Shown piece by piece: positions 59,484 through 64,000 of a stretch of 64,000 nt of DNA. Each line of letters begins with the position of its first letter. Position 1 is the stretch's first letter. Source of the DNA: Macrostomum lignano (taxonomy: Eukaryota). Position numbers and translations under genes: made by a program. Under the pieces are notes generated by a model, which was not told where the DNA came from, did not search any database, and saw only the letters and a list, made by a program, of their open reading frames with translations. The stretch covers positions 496,001 through 560,000 of the forward strand of contig NIVC01000349.1 in assembly GCA_002269645.1 (NCBI GenBank), read 5' to 3'.

Positions 59484-62400
59484 ATGAATAATATTTTGCA
59501 AGAGTACCTTCAAATCCCTGTCATTACTCGAGGGTATACTACAGCATGCCTGTTGACTACTTTAGCAGTTGTAAGTCACTAATCATGACTAATGTCTAAT
59601 GCCAATGGCTATATCATGCTTAATTAAAGTTTTATAATTTTATATTACTTTGACAATAGATTTTCAGCATAGAGAATAAATTGAATAACAATCTGATTGA
59701 AGAAAAAAAATTTCAGCTTCTTAATTATTCATTGTATTTGTATCAAGATATCAATTCTCATTCCTTGGTGGACTATTGCTTCAAAGATAAACCAATATAA
59801 TTATAGAGTATCTATGCAAGAGCTACATAGTTACAAAGAACCTGTATATAGCCTATATAGACCTATACAAGACTATGCAAAAAGTGATTGAATTGTTTTT
59901 TGCTTATTTTTGCCTAGGTCCTAACTGGCTTAGTTAGGAATTTTCCTATGTATAGAAATTATATTATATTCAATAATAGTCTAGAGAAGGTATCCTCATT
60001 CTAAATAATCAATGCATATATTTAGGCCTTTAAAAAATTGCTAAACCCTTGTTATACAAATTTTATCAAAACATTTGGTACATTTGGTACATTTAGAATA
60101 AATGCTAGTCACTTTAGTGATAAGTTATTTCAGTAACAGTTGTTTAAGTTATAATTAGTCATTTTGATTTTAGTTATAAGTTTCTTTTGTGACAAACACA
60201 TTTTACTTTTGGTAAAAATAGATGATTTATAGTTAATTTTAATGAAAGATGCTTCCATTGAAATATTTAATATTTATCTTTGTATTTAAGTTATTAAAAA
60301 AACGAATTATTTTGTTTCTTGTATAAATTGTTTTGAATTTTCCTTGAAACATATAAACCAAAAACAAATAAAATATCTTTATCACAAAATGCCAACAACA
60401 AGAAATATCAATTTTAGTTACATAGATTCATAGAAAGACATAGATATATTTGGAAAGCATATAAGTTCAAAGTATTGCAATTCTATAATAGTTAATAAAC
60501 ATAATATAGCAATACTTTATTATTTAAAAAAACATCTAAAATTTTAGGTTTTATATCACTTACAATTGGCAAGATTATTTTCTATTTCTAACCATTTATG
60601 CCCAACCTCAAAATTTCACCCATCCAGTGTGACTTAATTTTGTTTAGATTTGCAACTTAGTTCCTCCTAATTGCAACTTAATTTTCACTTTGACATTTCT
60701 TGCCTTTTTTATTGTTTCTTCTTTTTCTCTTTTTCTCTCCTCTTTCCCCTTTCTCACTTCTCCCTCTTTTATTTTCCTTTTCTCTTTCTCTCTTTTCTTC
60801 TCCCAATTTTGCAACTTACCTTGGCCGTAGAGGCGTAGGGAGGGGGGATAGGAAGGATATATCCCCCAAAGAGCCCAACCAACTTTTTTGTTGCCCTTTG
60901 TTGCTATACATGCTACCATGTGACTCTGTCATAGCACTTTTACCTAGGTGTATCCCCCCATAGAAAATTCACCTTGGTGTATCCCCTCCATAGGAAATTC
61001 CTGGCTACACCCCTGCTTGGCCAGAGGCATACATGCGCAACAGTTGGCTGAACGATTTGGCGGCCAACCAAGGAAGTTGCAAAAATGCCCACCCGAAAAA
61101 ACACCCAAGTAGTAGTACTAAGTAGCTGATGAGGCATTTTGACTTAATAAGACAGTCATAGTTACTCCTGCCGTTTACCCAAAGTTGCATTAATTTTGCT
61201 TTAGGGGTTTTTTACATGTAAGTCGCATTTTTGGCCAAAAACTACATTGCATTTTTGTTAAAACTTAGTTTTGGAGGTTGCGCATGTATGGCCAGAGGCC
61301 ATCTCACCCATCCAGTTTGGACGGGTTGGATAGGTGTTAGGTATGTATGCTAGCTGTGATTAATAAATGCCTTAAAAAGCACTAAGGATAAGAATTCAAG
61401 GGTAGAAAATTCATAACAATGCCCCTTGACCTATATAGCTACTATAATCTAAGCATTCATTCCTAGATATTGCAATGCTACTATACATGCCCTACTTACT
61501 AGAACTTGCCCTTTATTGCAGGTAGCAAGCCTATATTATAATTCTAGCACTGTGAAAAACAAAAACTGGTATCCTATTACTGGGTTTTTTTTAAGATTGG
61601 AAATCCGGTTGCCAACTGGCCCTTGGGGCTCAAAATCCAGTTGCCAATGGCTATTTTTGGTTGCCTATTGGCAACTAGCCAAATTCTTGAAGATGGATAT
61701 TTCCAAGGCTGCATTTGAAAAGTAGAAATTTGTTCTCTTAATTCTAAGATATCTATCTAAGCTGCTATCTAAGCTGCAAACAATAACAAACGAACAATTC
61801 TATCATATCAAATTAAATAGCACTTTTTTACACTTACAAAATCATTTTTTGAAATTGGCAACTGGTATAGGGAAAATGAAGTTGCTATATTGGCCTCTGA
61901 TACCAAAAATCCAATTTTCAATAAGATTTTCAATGGGCCAAAAAATCTCATATGGCCTAAAAAAACCTGCTTCTGTCAGTTTTCTATTGTTCTCTTTTAA
62001 AGGCTCCTTAGAACTATAAACACATATATTTGTCTAAGCCACTTGTTTATGGCTTTTTCTATGGAACTCTTTCATTAAACCATTGACTTCTTTTACCACC
62101 TATTTAAGCTTCTTGTTGGAATAAAAAACTGTTGTACCCCCTAAGTTATTTGTTTGATATCTTAAGAAGGCCTGGCCAGAAGTCACAATAGGCAAGGCCT
62201 AGTAAGTAAGGCATGTGTGGTAGTATTGCAATGCCTTTTTGGTCTATGATTGCTTAGATTTTATTTTGGTCTATGATTGCTTAGATTTTAGCAGTTGTAT
62301 AGGTGGTAGGAGGGCATTGTTATAATGAAACTTCTACCCTTTCATTCCTATCATTAGTGCCCTTTAGGCACCACTATCAATCATAACTAGCATGCACTTC

Positions 62401-64000
62401 AATTTACTACCTTTATAGCATTTTGACATTGTTTGTTGTCTCAGTGCATGGCATTTTAAAATTGAAAGTCTGCCATCCTTTGTACTTTAACAAATGTTGT
62501 TTTGGTATTGCAATTTTGCAATAAATGTCTGTTGCTTGCACCTAAGCATAATGTTTATAAACCCATGCTGCATGTCGGCAGAATCTGAAATTATATTCTA
62601 ATATAACCAGCATATAAACATAGCATAGGGCAATACTTAAGCCTTAAAGACTATTGCTAGTAAATCAATATGAGTGTCAAGCACCATGGACTTTTGCTTG
62701 TTGCAGTGCAATGCCAAAATAGCAACCAATTCTGCTCACACAATTTAATTTAATTTATAGCTATATGGAATTAAGTAGTCACTAAATTTGACCTATTATT
62801 GTGCAGGCCTAAATGAATGGAATTCAACTAAAAATTATGGTCTAGACTATGTACATGTATAATGTACAGGGATTAGAATTTGAAGATTCTGCAATTTATG
62901 CAAGTGGTTGAATTGCAAAACTTTTGGAGTATTCCTAGTGTGCAGCAATCAAGAAATAATGTACTAGTATGACAATAGAACAAACATTCTGAGTATATAG
63001 GGTTTTTTAGTTTCTAAAATTGCTATTGAAAAACTTCTTTATGATTTAGAAGTTGTTCTACATGCTTTAAAGAATGTTATAAATGAAATGAAATTTATTA
63101 TAAACATATAATTGTAGATTAAAATCTTTTTTGAATTGATTTTTTATAAATGTACTTTTCTTTTCATTTTTTAGCAATTGGACATTGTCAGTCCATTTCA
63201 ACTGTACTTCCATCCAACATTGATATTCAAGAACTTACAGGTAAGTCTTATTTTATCATTTTAAATTAACTCATCTTAGTTGATTTTTTTGAAAGTTTTT
63301 ATGCCCTAAATCTTGTCTTCTGTAAATTTTCAGCTTTGGCGTTTAATTACAAACTTTTGCTTCTTTGGCACATTTGGATTCAATTTCTTCTTTAATATGG
63401 TGTTCAATTATCGGTACTGTCGCATGCTTGAAGAAAACTCGTTCCGAGGCCGAACCAGCGATTTTGCGCTCATGTTCATCTTTGGCGGTTGCTTCATGAC
63501 GGTGAGTGATCATCTGAGTGCAGCGGCCTTAAAAAGAGCCGTTTTTGTAAACATTATTGTAAAAGTGTTTTTAATAAGTCGACTCTGCATCTCGATTATC
63601 AATATTAGTTGATTTCATTAAAATTTGTAGATAAGTAGTGGTGGCCCTTAAAAGGGTCGTTTTACGAAAATATTTTATTAACACCCTAGACTAGATAGCA
63701 GAAATATTTATTAAATTGCGAAATTCAATATTTGTTTTACGTTTGTGTTCAATAGTCATAGATTTAGATTGTTATGTTATTTACTCTTAATTTTAATTGT
63801 GTATAGCAAGTAGCAGAACTGAAAAGGGCCGTTTTATCATTTTCTTTTTTAATTTCAGCTCGCAGGCCTATTCGTGAATATGGTATTCCTTAGCCAGGCT
63901 TTCACAATCATGATTGTCTACGTTTGGAGTCGAAGGAATCCATTCATCAGGATGAATTTCTTTGGTTTGCTCACTTTTCAAGCTCCCTACTTGCCTTGGG
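59484..64000 (+). CDS. DERL2: Derlin-2/3 (ERAD rhomboid pseudoprotease), truncated by the window edge
   Basis: Exons 59484-59570 ([29 protein letters not shown]), 63175-63240, 63334-63501 ([22 protein letters not shown]) and 63859-64000 ([25 protein letters not shown]). All introns phase 0, GT-AG. Confidence 0.95.
60828..61015. mobile_element. Small putative hAT-type MITE (188 bp) in Derlin intron 1
   Basis: Left end TAGAGGCGTAGG; right end CCTGGCTACACCCCTG (reverse complement CAGGGGTGTAGCCAGG). Flanks CTTGGCCG and CTTGGCCA (7/8 TSD). Confidence 0.65.

Overview
This is eukaryotic (animal) genomic DNA. The compact GT-AG introns packed with minisatellites resemble flatworm (Macrostomum-like) assemblies, but that is an unverified inference. 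I assembled six protein-coding genes by hand, with consistent splice phases: a DEG/ENaC channel (-, 1046-3338, two homopolymer frameshifts), an ankyrin-repeat protein (-, 11618-16693, start exon not found), a single-exon thioredoxin-fold protein with a CQIC site (+, 17555-17956), an 11-exon FGFR-like receptor tyrosine kinase (-, 21079-40042, 951 aa), a HIPK kinase (-, 45790/47466-53207) and a Derlin-2/3 gene running off the right edge (+, 59484-64000). Nearly every large intron left of about 53.3 kb holds one or more tandem arrays, and most long ORFs in the supplied track are artefacts of these arrays. Four hAT-type non-autonomous elements with TIRs and perfect or near-perfect 8-bp TSDs carry internal repeats at different expansion stages, suggesting MITEs seed and spread minisatellites. 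There is no CRISPR array, rRNA or recognisable tRNA.
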